From a virus (taxonomy: Duplodnaviria > Heunggongvirae > Uroviricota > Caudoviricetes): a stretch of 64,000 nt of DNA. This document shows, piece by piece, positions 1-9,036 of this stretch; position 1 is the first letter of the stretch; each line of letters starts with the position of its first letter. The notes beneath the pieces are model-generated. The model was not told the origin of the DNA, searched no databases, and worked only from the letters and a program-made list of their open reading frames with translations. Both the position numbers and the translations under genes were made by a program. The stretch lies in the IMG/VR virus record IMGVR_UViG_2778261503_000006; one strand, 5' to 3'.

Positions 1-141
1 GGAGGGTCGGGTAGGCTCTGGCCAGAACAGGATATTGTTCTTTTGTAAAGGCGCGCCCGTCGCACTTTAACCAGCCTGCTGGCGGTGTGGCGGTGGGCCA
101 CGGAACAGGCACACCAACGGGTAGCGCCGAGCCTTCTCCTA
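1..141 (-). CDS. tail-fibre C-terminal cassette, partial (conserved N-terminal segment of a third tandem copy; runs off the left edge)
   Basis: nt 1-152 is a near-identical copy of 441-592 and 912-1062, which encode the conserved first ~47 aa of the two complete cassettes. Confidence 0.35.
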
Positions 142-159
142 AACCAACGTTTCTATGCC
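134..159. other. candidate invertase crossover site (cix/gix-like)
   Basis: TTCTCCTAAACCAACGTTTCTATGCC resembles my recollection of gix (TTCC...AAACC...GTTTT); sits at a cassette junction. Confidence 0.3.
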
Positions 160-581
160 GCCCTTACGATGTAATTAAACGCAATGTTACGGGGACGAAT
201 GGTCACAAAATTAACCCCATCGCCTCGCGAAGGACCTGCAAATGAAAAACGGGAGAATCCAGGGTGGTTGTCAACGATTTGGTCATAGTTATTGATTGCA
301 TGACCAGACCCAATGTCAAAATTACCTGCGTAATGAGAAAAACTTGTACCATCCTGCCGTGAAAGCAGATCGCGCCCTGTATCCACTTTTCGCCCGTCGT
401 CCCATCCACGGATAAACTCACCGCGTAAATCGGGAAGACGGAGGGTCGGGTAGACTCTGGCCAGAACAGGATATTGTTCTTTTGTAAAGGTGCGCCCGTC
501 GCACTTTAACCAGCCTGCTGGCGGTGTGGCAGTGGGCCACGGAACAGGTACACCAACGGGCAGCGCCGAGCCTTCCCCCAA
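153..581 (-). CDS. phage tail-fibre C-terminal variable cassette with tail-collar-type motif; no ATG (the M in the track is a TTG artefact)
   Basis: 142-aa ORF; motif PWPTATPPAGWLKCDGR...YPxL...LPDLRGEFIRGWDDGR typical of phage tail collar domains; shares start and end (RPRNIAFNYIVRAA) with 592..1053 but differs in the middle. Confidence 0.6.
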   Translation of the reverse strand: MGEGSALPVGVPVPWPTATPPAGWLKCDGRTFTKEQYPVLARVYPTLRLPDLRGEFIRGWDDGRKVDTGRDLLSRQDGTSFSHYAGNFDIGSGHAINNYDQIVDNHPGFSRFSFAGPSRGDGVNFVTIRPRNIAFNYIVRAA

Positions 582-598
582 ACCAACGTTTTTATGCC
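395..598. repeat. direct repeat copy 2
   Basis: ccgcgtaaatcgggaagacggagggtcgggtag...aaaccaacgtt repeated; approximate left boundary. Confidence 0.8.
573..598. other. candidate invertase crossover site (cix/gix-like)
   Basis: TTCCCCCAAACCAACGTTTTTATGCC at the junction between the two cassettes. Confidence 0.3.
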
Positions 599-1053
599 GC
601 CCTTACGATATAATTAAAGGCAATATTACGAGGACGGTTTTCATTAGCTGTTGGCACGACACGAGAGGCGTCGAATCCAAGGTCATCGGTTTTGTCTATA
701 GTAGTTGTGTTATTCGGCATTCTCGCTGATCGTGTTCCTGCATCGTAAAAAGCCCCTCTGATTGCATCAAAAGACATACCGATCCCGCCATCTGCGAATC
801 CCTCAATATTTCTTATTGCATCCCCCTGTGAAGATAATAATTGTCGCCCGGCATCCACACCACGTCCGTCATCCCAGCCACGAATAAATTCACCGCGTAA
901 ATCGGGAAGACGGAGGGTCGGGTAGGCTCTGGCCAGAACAGGATATTGTTCTTTTGTAAAGGCGCGCCCGTCGCACTTTAACCAGCCTTCTGGCGGTGTG
1001 GCGGTGGGCCACGGAACCGGTACACCAACAGGCAATGCAGAGCCTTCCCCCAA
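592..1053 (-). CDS. phage tail-fibre C-terminal variable cassette (second variant)
   Basis: 153-aa ORF with the same conserved N-terminal ~60 aa and C-terminal 14 aa as 153..581 and a divergent central segment. Confidence 0.6.
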   Translation of the reverse strand: MGEGSALPVGVPVPWPTATPPEGWLKCDGRAFTKEQYPVLARAYPTLRLPDLRGEFIRGWDDGRGVDAGRQLLSSQGDAIRNIEGFADGGIGMSFDAIRGAFYDAGTRSARMPNNTTTIDKTDDLGFDASRVVPTANENRPRNIAFNYIVRAA

Positions 1054-1068
1054 ACCAACGTTTATCTC
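865..1068. repeat. direct repeat copy 3, adjacent to invertase gene
   Basis: same sequence as copies 1 and 2; approximate left boundary. Confidence 0.8.
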
Positions 1069-1070
1069 TC
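1045..1070. other. candidate invertase crossover site (cix/gix-like)
   Basis: TTCCCCCAAACCAACGTTTATCTCTC, 55 bp upstream of the invertase start. Confidence 0.3.
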
Positions 1071-1124
1071 AAATCCTCCCCACATTATCTCAGTACTTTA
1101 ACCACTCAAAAGGGAGTATTTTTA

Positions 1125-1697
1125 ATGCTGATTGGCTACATACGTGTGTCAACAAATGACCAAAACACAGATTTGCAACGCAATGCATTAATGTGCGCAG
1201 GATGTGAACAGATTTTTGAGGACAAAATGAGCGGAACCAAGTCGGAACGACCAGGCCTGAAACGCGCTTTAAAGTGCCTTAAAAGAGGGGATACATTGGT
1301 GGTCTGGAAGCTGGATCGGTTGGGTAGAAGAATGAAACACCTCATTGCTCTCACAGAAGAGTTACGCGCAAAAGGTGTCAATTTTCGCAGTCTGACGGAT
1401 TCAATCGATACCAGCACTCCGATGGGAAGGTTCTTTTTTCATATGATGGGTGCACTGGCAGAAATGGAGCGTGAACTGATAGTTGAGCGCACGCTGGCAG
1501 GACTGGCTGCTGCGCGAGCACAAGGAAGAGTTGGAGGACGTCGCCCGAAACTGACGAAGGAGCAGCATGAGCAGATCGCAAGATTGCTCCAGAAAGGGTA
1601 TGACAGAAAGCGGCTGGCAATTATCTATGATATTGGACTGTCAACGATCTACCGCTATCACCCTGTTGGGACTGTCATAACGCAACCTGAAATGTAA
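1125..1697 (+). CDS. cin: Cin/Gin/Pin/Hin-family serine DNA invertase
   Basis: 190 aa from ATG 1125 with AAGGGAG RBS; IGYIRVSTNDQ catalytic-Ser block, VVWKLDRLGR, C-terminal HTH; the track's longer ORF from 996 is an upstream extension. Confidence 0.9.
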   Translation: MLIGYIRVSTNDQNTDLQRNALMCAGCEQIFEDKMSGTKSERPGLKRALKCLKRGDTLVVWKLDRLGRRMKHLIALTEELRAKGVNFRSLTDSIDTSTPMGRFFFHMMGALAEMERELIVERTLAGLAAARAQGRVGGRRPKLTKEQHEQIARLLQKGYDRKRLAIIYDIGLSTIYRYHPVGTVITQPEM

Positions 1698-1913
1698 TTC
1701 TTTTTCAAATAATGAAACGCCGCGTGGATGCCATTTATCGCACAAGATAGAGTGCATTTATCGCGCGGCGCATCATCATTTGTTGATATGCGAATGTATC
1801 CAATAAGCATATGTCTCCCTTGTATGCTAAGGATACGATCCTAGAAGATGTCCTGTAAGGAAATAACAAACTGACTAAGTTAGTGGCGCATTAGATGTTA
1901 TTTCTGGAGGGGT

Positions 1914-2240
1914 ATGTTTGCAGATTATGAAAATCTGGCTGTAGTAGTCATAACATCCCTACTAAGTGGAACCGGCGTATTCCTTCTCGGAGTTAGAGAC
2001 GGGCGCATTTCTGCGTCCCTGCTCAATCTTGCGAGTGAATTGTTTACTGCGGTAACAGCCGGGCTTGCGGGGTATGGGGTGGCGGTTAGCCAAGAATGGC
2101 CTGAAGGTATCATTTTCTGCGTTGTTCTGATTGCCAGTAACAACGGTAGTGAAATTTTACAGGGCTTGAAGTCCAGAGCTAGTTACGTCTTGAATCTCTT
2201 AAGCGTAATAGCGAATGGGGGAAAAGGTGGAGAGAAATAA
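1914..2240 (+). CDS. holin-like small membrane protein (LydA-like by position and size)
   Basis: 108 aa with three hydrophobic segments; first gene of the operon after the invertase, as lydA in P1 (synteny from memory). Confidence 0.5.
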   Translation: MFADYENLAVVVITSLLSGTGVFLLGVRDGRISASLLNLASELFTAVTAGLAGYGVAVSQEWPEGIIFCVVLIASNNGSEILQGLKSRASYVLNLLSVIANGGKGGEK

Positions 2241-2686
2241 TGGGTAACTTTGGAAATTATTTCATTTTTATCATGGCATTTGTTGCCATCATTGACCGTT
2301 TCATTTTTCGTCGCAAGAGTGTTGAGATTTTGAGTATTGGTGACGCTGTAGTGAAAGAATCCGCTATAGCATTTCCTGTTTCGCTACGTGTTAAGCGAAG
2401 CTGGGTCAGCAATGCTCAAATCGAATATTGGTTGCAAGACCTGAAAAATCCATCTGTGGTTATTTCAGGGAAAACGCGACCAGTTGACGCCTCAAAACGC
2501 GGTGAGAGAGAAGAGTATTTGCTCATCGATACGAAATATCTTGAGCCAACGAAGTGGGATCTGAAAGTCACATTGACTAACGGTAACTGCCGACTGAATC
2601 CGCTTTATCGCATTTTCCCTATCAATGACTGCATAGAGCGCCAGTTTACGATCGAAAAGCGTAAAGGAGACTGGGATGTCAAATAA
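2240..2686 (+). CDS. hypothetical protein (LydB-like antiholin by position and size)
   Basis: 148 aa, start overlaps the stop of the previous gene; synteny only. Confidence 0.4.
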   Translation: MGNFGNYFIFIMAFVAIIDRFIFRRKSVEILSIGDAVVKESAIAFPVSLRVKRSWVSNAQIEYWLQDLKNPSVVISGKTRPVDASKRGEREEYLLIDTKYLEPTKWDLKVTLTNGNCRLNPLYRIFPINDCIERQFTIEKRKGDWDVK

Positions 2687-3296
2687 GAATAATTATGTTC
2701 TTCTTAATTATGATGAGTTAAACGAAAAGGGGCTGGCAAAACTCGTCAAAGAAATCAGCAAAGGTGGTTACAAGATAGCGAGGGTGATCCCTGCAAGTAA
2801 TGGCAGGAAGAAAGATGGGATCATGACGCGCACGTTTACCCTTATTGGTATTGATGAACAGACAATGGAAGTTCAGGTTAACGATACCGGTGATATATCT
2901 GGGATCAAACTGAATGGTAAAACAGTACCGTTCAAGCCAGTAAAAACAATGTCGGCTTTGGGGCAATCTCTTGCGGCTTTATTTAATCGCGGAGCAACTT
3001 CTTTCCAGAAGTCATTAGCTCGAAAACTTGCTCGTGCAGCAAAAAATATTGATGACGGAAATAAGAAGCGGCAGGGAGTTAAATCTAACGCTCAGAAATT
3101 AGCTGAAGCGAAAGAATCACGTGATGCACTCCGTGAAGATATCGCTAATGCTAACGACAAACTGTCTAAACTCCAGAGCAAGTCAGACAAAGTAATGCAA
3201 GATACGGGTAACGTTAAAGCTGCCTTGTCTCAGGAAGTAGCTAAGACACGTGCTCTTAAAGAAGAAATCGCGCGCCTGGAGGATGAGCATGATTAA
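2676..3296 (+). CDS. Hdf-like protein (shares a module with the following DarA-like protein)
   Basis: 206 aa; central segment resembles a segment of the 3283..5214 product (beta-rich stretch then K/R-rich helical stretch). Confidence 0.45.
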   Translation: MSNKNNYVLLNYDELNEKGLAKLVKEISKGGYKIARVIPASNGRKKDGIMTRTFTLIGIDEQTMEVQVNDTGDISGIKLNGKTVPFKPVKTMSALGQSLAALFNRGATSFQKSLARKLARAAKNIDDGNKKRQGVKSNAQKLAEAKESRDALREDIANANDKLSKLQSKSDKVMQDTGNVKAALSQEVAKTRALKEEIARLEDEHD

Positions 3297-5214
3297 CAAT
3301 CCTTTACGAATTAATATTCAGTCTACTTTTGCTGATACGATCCCCGGCTATGTGCCAAGTCGCTGGTCTTCAGAAGAATTAAGCGAAGATGACCTGATTT
3401 TTGAGGCGGCGACCTTAGAAGATATTGAGCTTGCCTATATGGGCAATGAAATTCTGGTTGTGTCTGACGAAGCTATGTTTGAGTCCATAACTACAACCAG
3501 AATTCGGTTAGCTCAAACAATGCGAGCTTTCGTCCGTGCGCTGAATCGTGGCCTGAATGGTACGAATATTATGGCAGGGACTGATGAAGCCGGGACCGAT
3601 GAAAATGGACGTAATTGTATTGGTGGTGCGATTATCGGTCGTGTACGTCGGGTAGCTAATATCCCTGTTTTGACCGCGCAGATACCGCTTACTGACGGGC
3701 AGAGTACAAGCATAATTTTCCACTCTCCAACAGCTGACGGGGCAAAAATAAAGAGTAACGACGAGCTTGTTGCATTTCAGTTTTTACTTAATAAGCGTAA
3801 CGTAACTCACGTTGTCGCCCCGATTGGTGGGAGAGATGTTTCTTTAAGCCAGGTATGCCAGGCGCTATCTAATTTGATTGAGCGTAACAGCGAAAAATTT
3901 AAGAAAGCAAAAGAGCGCCAGGACAAAATGAAGGCAGATATTGAGAGTTATCTCAATGAAGCAGATAAACTGGCAGAAGAACGGTCAATAATGATTGATC
4001 AGGTGGACGTTGCGCAACGTGGGCTGACTGAAAAGCGTGCTGCTCTTACGGAGATGCAAAAAAAACTTGATGCCCAGAAAGCCATCAACGAGGAATTACA
4101 AGAAAAACGCGATAAATTGTTGTCTGCTAAAGGTGAAAAAACGAAGGAACGAGCGTTTAGTGACCAGCTGCGACATGTAAAACATAATCTTGCCATTGAC
4201 GGAAAAACAGTGCTGGATAATGGCGCTGAAGTTAATTATATCACGTCCGGCAGTGACAATTTCGTTACGATAGTAGCACCTGAAGGTAAATTCAGTATTG
4301 ATGCCAGTGCTGTCAAAGGAGGCAGTTTGGCAGATGCTGCAACCAAATTACTTAAAGCCTACCGAGAGCATAACGCAGATAAATATAAAGTTGATGTGTT
4401 ACCAGGCCAGCAGGAAGACCCCGAACCACCACAGACAGACCCCGAGACGAACCCAGTATCACAACCAGAGAGCCAGGATGTAGGTAAATACCACTATGCA
4501 CTTCAATCTCGCCCGGCTGGTGTTGGTGCTGTGCCGGATGGAAATAAAGCCGTGCTTGATCGTCCTGACCAGGCTGATCAGTATTACGAATATGCTCGTC
4601 ACGGTATCATTACGTATGACCGTAAACTGACAGATGAAGAAGTCAGCCAGTACGAGTTGCTCTATCTTCCTGATGAAGATGAGCTGAAAGATTTTGCAGG
4701 CCAATTGGTTGTGTCCAGCATGTCGAAACATATTGATGGCTATGTAGACCTGTTTGGCAGTGACCTGAAAACATTCAAGGCGCAAGTGAAAATTCTTTTC
4801 CGCAAAGCGTTTCCAAACGTGGCGTATCCACTTGGTGATGGGGAGAACCTTTTCATTATGGACGTGTATAACGCCCTTCAAAATCATTCAAGCGAAGTAA
4901 AAACAGAGCATGTGGTTGAGCCGGAATCACAACCACAACCAGCACCAGAACAGGAGCCGGAGCCAGAAGAAGCTGGTGAATCAGCAAGTGAAGCTGATCA
5001 GGAGGCAGATAAAGCACTGGAGTACCTGAAATCCGTGCCGGAGCAGTTTACATCCCGCGATCTGACGGTCATCAGTGCTGAACTTGATCATGTGCAGGAA
5101 GCAGCAAACGCTCTAATCAGCGCAGGTCGATACGACGAGAACGAAGCCACTGTTGGTGCAGCAGTTGACTACCTGATCAACATTCTGGCTGAAATTCAGC
5201 AGGGAGGTGCTTAA
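3283..5214 (+). CDS. darA: DarA-like antirestriction/head-associated protein
   Basis: 643 aa from ATG 3283 with GGAGGA RBS; size and operon position match P1 DarA as I recall it; acidic Pro/Glu-rich linkers. Confidence 0.5.
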   Translation: MSMINNPLRINIQSTFADTIPGYVPSRWSSEELSEDDLIFEAATLEDIELAYMGNEILVVSDEAMFESITTTRIRLAQTMRAFVRALNRGLNGTNIMAGTDEAGTDENGRNCIGGAIIGRVRRVANIPVLTAQIPLTDGQSTSIIFHSPTADGAKIKSNDELVAFQFLLNKRNVTHVVAPIGGRDVSLSQVCQALSNLIERNSEKFKKAKERQDKMKADIESYLNEADKLAEERSIMIDQVDVAQRGLTEKRAALTEMQKKLDAQKAINEELQEKRDKLLSAKGEKTKERAFSDQLRHVKHNLAIDGKTVLDNGAEVNYITSGSDNFVTIVAPEGKFSIDASAVKGGSLADAATKLLKAYREHNADKYKVDVLPGQQEDPEPPQTDPETNPVSQPESQDVGKYHYALQSRPAGVGAVPDGNKAVLDRPDQADQYYEYARHGIITYDRKLTDEEVSQYELLYLPDEDELKDFAGQLVVSSMSKHIDGYVDLFGSDLKTFKAQVKILFRKAFPNVAYPLGDGENLFIMDVYNALQNHSSEVKTEHVVEPESQPQPAPEQEPEPEEAGESASEADQEADKALEYLKSVPEQFTSRDLTVISAELDHVQEAANALISAGRYDENEATVGAAVDYLINILAEIQQGGA

Positions 5215-5582
5215 TGACCATCTCTGTTTTAGACCGCCTGAAATTAGGTAAAGAGCTATCAGATCTAATGCAGGCGCAGAAAACGGCGCCAGTATTGCAA
5301 CGCGTCACCATTGGTAAGCAGATTGTTGATGTGATGCTGAAATTGGGCTTGGGGACTGCCGCGCAACCGGCAGCGGAACCGCAACAACAGACTGATCCTG
5401 TTGTAGATGAAGTTCCTAAGATAGTGACTGACTTCCTGGGCGGTGTGTTCACAAAGTCCACACAAATGGAATTTATTGATGCGCTGCGTGGGATCTCAAA
5501 CTATGTTGGCGAGTTCCTTACGTTGGAACAGGCAAAAGAGCAGACCATAAGCTGGGTGAAAGCCAACGGTTATGCAGGGTAA
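5214..5582 (+). CDS. small protein (DdrA-like by position)
   Basis: 122 aa, ATGA start/stop overlap with the DarA-like gene. Confidence 0.4.
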   Translation: MTISVLDRLKLGKELSDLMQAQKTAPVLQRVTIGKQIVDVMLKLGLGTAAQPAAEPQQQTDPVVDEVPKIVTDFLGGVFTKSTQMEFIDALRGISNYVGEFLTLEQAKEQTISWVKANGYAG

Positions 5583-5675
5583 TCAAAGGGGCTGAAATGC
5601 CCCTTTCACTTTCCTGTAAGTCCATAAATCACACACTTTTTACACTTCCTGCTTTCTATGTAAGGGGAGTGTATT

Positions 5676-8600
5676 TTGAACAAGTCAGTTACTTCCGCGC
5701 TATCCGAAGCAGCAGACATTAACAGTGTTATTGCGCTGGTTTCTTCATTAGAGAGGCGAGAAACACGCCAGGGGCGCAGTAGTTACGTAGTCACCAGTAA
5801 AGGGGCAGAGGTAAAGACGGCTTTTAAGGTCGTTGATGCCAGCAGTCTGATCATTTCGAACAACCTTGACGGTACGATTAATCCGGCCTTCCCGGAAGAA
5901 CTCCAGCCACGTGACCGTACACGGCTATCAAGCAAACTCCAGGTTAACCGTATTGCCTCCAATTTACGCCCGGCACAATTAACGGATTCCGGCATGAGCA
6001 GCCACGGAGCGCCGATAGTTGGTCCGGACAACGTTGTTGAATCCGGCAACGGAAGGAGCATGGGTATCTGGCGTGCCTATGAGCAAGGGCAGGCGGATGA
6101 ATATCGCCAGTACCTGATCGATCATGCAAAAGAGTTTGGTCTGAATCCTGACGACATTTCACAAATGTCTATGCCCGTATTGGTGCGAGAAAGACTCACA
6201 GATGTAGACCGCGCACAATTTGCCCGCGATTCAAACATCAGCGATCTGCAAGAGATGGCTGCAAGTGAAAAAGCGTATGCGGATGCGCAATTTCTCACTG
6301 AGAGCGTCATGGCGCTATTTAATCCTTCAGATGATGGAAATCTACTGGCGCGGTCCAATGATGCGTTTATTCGTGCGTTTTTGCGCGAAATAGGTGATAC
6401 GGCGACGGCAGGTTTGCTTACTGCCGATGGGCGTCCAACGAAACAACTTATCGACCGCATCCAGAATGCAATTTTTGCCAAAGCGTACAAGGATGAAAGG
6501 CTTGTTCGGCTGGTGGCGGAAGAGCCAGATCCGGAAATGCGTAACATTCTTACCGCATTAAATACGGCAGCCAGCGATTTTGCGCAAATGCAGTCGCTTT
6601 CAGGTGATGTTCACCATGACACGGTAACCGGACTGGTAGACGGTATAGAGCAATTGAATGGTCTGGATAAACAGGCTATTGCCGCGCTACAGGAAGCAAT
6701 TAACCTTGTTCGTGAAGCAAAAGATAACGGTCAGGCAGTAGAAGAGGTGATCGCACAGCGTGGATTGTTTGGAGATAGCACTCCGGAAGCAGAAGCGCTT
6801 GCTCTGTTTATTGTTGCCAACAACCGAAGCGCTAAGCGAATGGGGGCAGCTTTCAAGAAACTGGCGCAAAAAATTAACGATGAACTTATTCACCAGCAAC
6901 AAGCGTTAGGCGATATGTTCGGCGGCGGAGATGTCGATCTGCGTAGCATTTTATCTGCCGTTTCTGATGAAATTGAGGCTGAGTATGGCGAAGGTAAAGG
7001 GCTTAATTTCGCCATGTTTGAATCGGTTTCAGGAGAGGTCGAACCATACATTTCAAAGCTAATTGCTGATGCGACCAGCGTGGAGGACTTGATCCGAATC
7101 GTGAAGGTGTCAGAAAAAATTAAGGAGTCCGCAAAAAAAATAAAGCGCAATGTATTTTTGGAACTTGGTTTTTATATTCGCAATGTCACCGTTAATGAGA
7201 TTAAGGAGTGGGCTAAACGTTATGGATACAGCGACGCTGTGTTAACAACGATGTTATTGTCTTATCAACGCAGCAATTTTTATGCTAACGCACTGCGTGA
7301 CGCGATTGAAAAAGGAGATGAAGCTCCTTCGCTCGCAGATGAAAGAAATATTGATTGTGATATTGAAACGTTTTGCAACATATCAGAAGAAGGCGTGCCC
7401 GCTGAACAATTTATACGTGTTTTACATAATGCAGCAAAACATATTCCTGATGACTTTAGTATTGATGAATTGCGCAATGGTTGTCTTGTTTGGTTAGGTA
7501 ACTATTTAAAATCTCCAGCGTCTATTGCAGAGAAAACAGCTTTAAGATTTAGAAAGGAAATGAATAAAGCTGGAAGCGCAGAAGAGATGGTGTGCATAAT
7601 CCAAAATACTTTGAAGTTATTCAAAAAGAGCTTGCATAATATCGACGATATTATGGCGGCTGGTAGGAAAATAACAGCCAGTGTCGGAGTTAGCTCTGAA
7701 CTAACGGCAGAGGAGATCGCTGATGCGTATATTGAGACACTTGTCAGGCTTAAGGAGATAGTGGAATTAGCAGAGCATTCCTCATATTACGGAATCAAGG
7801 AGCGTGTTGACTTTACTATAGAACAAATCAATAAAGTTAGGTCAAATAAGGAAAAACTCACTGACTACCTTGCTGAGGTTTTGCACCAGAATGATCATGG
7901 GATTGGATATGATCTGAAAAAAATGCTTGTTTTTAATCTGGACATACCGGAAGACTTGCAAGCAGAACTATATGAAATAGCTTCATTAACACGTGGACAA
8001 AAAGCCTATCCTAATGCGCTTGAAAATGTAGTACATAAAAAAGTCAGAGCCGCATTTGACATGATTCTTGAATCGTCAAATGTGTCACATGACCAGTCTA
8101 AGGAATGGAGTCGTGGGATTGCTATTTCTGATGAAGCAGAGCAGTTAAGTGGTCACGATAATGAAACTTTCTCCCGTAAAGCATACAGTATTCGCGAGAC
8201 GATTGAAAAAGCCTATATTATTTCAGGAGGGACTTTATCTACATTAAAAAATATTAACCACAAGAACAATGTTCGTGCTTTTGCAAGTCGAAATGGGAAT
8301 ATAACAATTGATGCTAATAGTGATCACGAGCGTGTATTATGGCATGAAATAGGTCACCATATAGAACATTCAAATCCCCATCTATTGGAGAGGGCCAAAG
8401 CCTTCATTAAATCAAAAACTAACGGTAAAGTTTCTTATCATAATATTGGTAGCCGTGGCAGTGCTGAGTATTTGGTGCGAACCGACCTAAGTCATGGATA
8501 TATGTCTAAAATTTATATGGAAAATACGGTAAGTTCTGTCAGCGGCAGATTTATATCAAAGCCACCTGCATTAAGCAATTGCAGGGCGACTGAGATTTTT

Positions 8601-8717
8601 TCTATGGCCTTGCAGATGTATGCCGATCCGGAGCAGGCGACTAACTCTGTATTAAACAATGACGGCGTGCTGGAATTTTTCTTGGGATGTATGAAGGAGT
8701 TGCAAAATGAAGTATAG
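5676..8717 (+). CDS. large virion-associated protein (DdrB-like by position) with AT-rich C-terminal HExxH metallopeptidase-like module
   Basis: 1013 aa from TTG 5676 with AAGGGGA RBS; GC drops visibly after ~nt 7100; WHEIGHHIEH at nt 8339-8368. Confidence 0.6.
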   Translation: MNKSVTSALSEAADINSVIALVSSLERRETRQGRSSYVVTSKGAEVKTAFKVVDASSLIISNNLDGTINPAFPEELQPRDRTRLSSKLQVNRIASNLRPAQLTDSGMSSHGAPIVGPDNVVESGNGRSMGIWRAYEQGQADEYRQYLIDHAKEFGLNPDDISQMSMPVLVRERLTDVDRAQFARDSNISDLQEMAASEKAYADAQFLTESVMALFNPSDDGNLLARSNDAFIRAFLREIGDTATAGLLTADGRPTKQLIDRIQNAIFAKAYKDERLVRLVAEEPDPEMRNILTALNTAASDFAQMQSLSGDVHHDTVTGLVDGIEQLNGLDKQAIAALQEAINLVREAKDNGQAVEEVIAQRGLFGDSTPEAEALALFIVANNRSAKRMGAAFKKLAQKINDELIHQQQALGDMFGGGDVDLRSILSAVSDEIEAEYGEGKGLNFAMFESVSGEVEPYISKLIADATSVEDLIRIVKVSEKIKESAKKIKRNVFLELGFYIRNVTVNEIKEWAKRYGYSDAVLTTMLLSYQRSNFYANALRDAIEKGDEAPSLADERNIDCDIETFCNISEEGVPAEQFIRVLHNAAKHIPDDFSIDELRNGCLVWLGNYLKSPASIAEKTALRFRKEMNKAGSAEEMVCIIQNTLKLFKKSLHNIDDIMAAGRKITASVGVSSELTAEEIADAYIETLVRLKEIVELAEHSSYYGIKERVDFTIEQINKVRSNKEKLTDYLAEVLHQNDHGIGYDLKKMLVFNLDIPEDLQAELYEIASLTRGQKAYPNALENVVHKKVRAAFDMILESSNVSHDQSKEWSRGIAISDEAEQLSGHDNETFSRKAYSIRETIEKAYIISGGTLSTLKNINHKNNVRAFASRNGNITIDANSDHERVLWHEIGHHIEHSNPHLLERAKAFIKSKTNGKVSYHNIGSRGSAEYLVRTDLSHGYMSKIYMENTVSSVSGRFISKPPALSNCRATEIFSMALQMYADPEQATNSVLNNDGVLEFFLGCMKELQNEV

Positions 8718-9000
8718 CATTGTGAGTCCCGCTGGGATTAGAGGGATTGTTGAATGCTCTGATGACGGCACATTGCGTATATTTGAAGGCGATATTTCGG
8801 AAGAAAATATTGCGCAAGATTTACGCTTTATCAACACAAATTCCGCAATGGGGATCGTGAATACCATTCATGCCGATGGGGTGTTTGTTCTGCGGAGCCT
8901 GGAAACTGTTGGCTGGGAGGTTGAGTGGCCAGAGGTGGAAGGAGATCCTGACGACGAAGACGATACTGGCGAATCATATCAAGACATTGATGTGAATTGA
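8707..9000 (+). CDS. small acidic protein, possible partner of the upstream C-terminal module
   Basis: 97 aa, overlaps the stop of the 1013-aa gene, Asp/Glu-rich C-terminus, followed by a terminator. Confidence 0.5.
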   Translation: MKYSIVSPAGIRGIVECSDDGTLRIFEGDISEENIAQDLRFINTNSAMGIVNTIHADGVFVLRSLETVGWEVEWPEVEGDPDDEDDTGESYQDIDVN

Positions 9001-9013
9001 TATGATTGATAAT

Positions 9014-9036
9014 CCCGCCGTCAGGCGGGTTTTTTT
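9014..9036. terminator. rho-independent terminator (hairpin plus T-run), shared by convergent genes
   Basis: cccgccgtcaggcggg followed by ttttttt. Confidence 0.75.

Larger units (their letters stand above)
1..159. repeat. direct repeat copy 1 (cassette 5' conserved region plus junction), truncated by window edge
   Basis: near-identical to 440-598 and 912-1068. Confidence 0.8.

Noticed and set aside
153-1053. Methionine starts given by the track for the two tail-fibre cassettes (MGEGSALP...)
   Set aside because: The start codon is TTG and the frame is open upstream to a stop only 7 codons away with no RBS; these are promoterless gene segments.
1-1070. Three ~150-200 bp direct repeats considered as a possible CRISPR-like or satellite array
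   Set aside because: The repeats are coding (conserved 5' ends of tail-fibre cassettes); the intervening sequences are homologous gene segments, not spacers.
996-1124. N-terminal 43-codon extension of the invertase ORF in the track
   Set aside because: Serine invertases start at the MLIGYIRVSTNDQ block; ATG 1125 has a good RBS.
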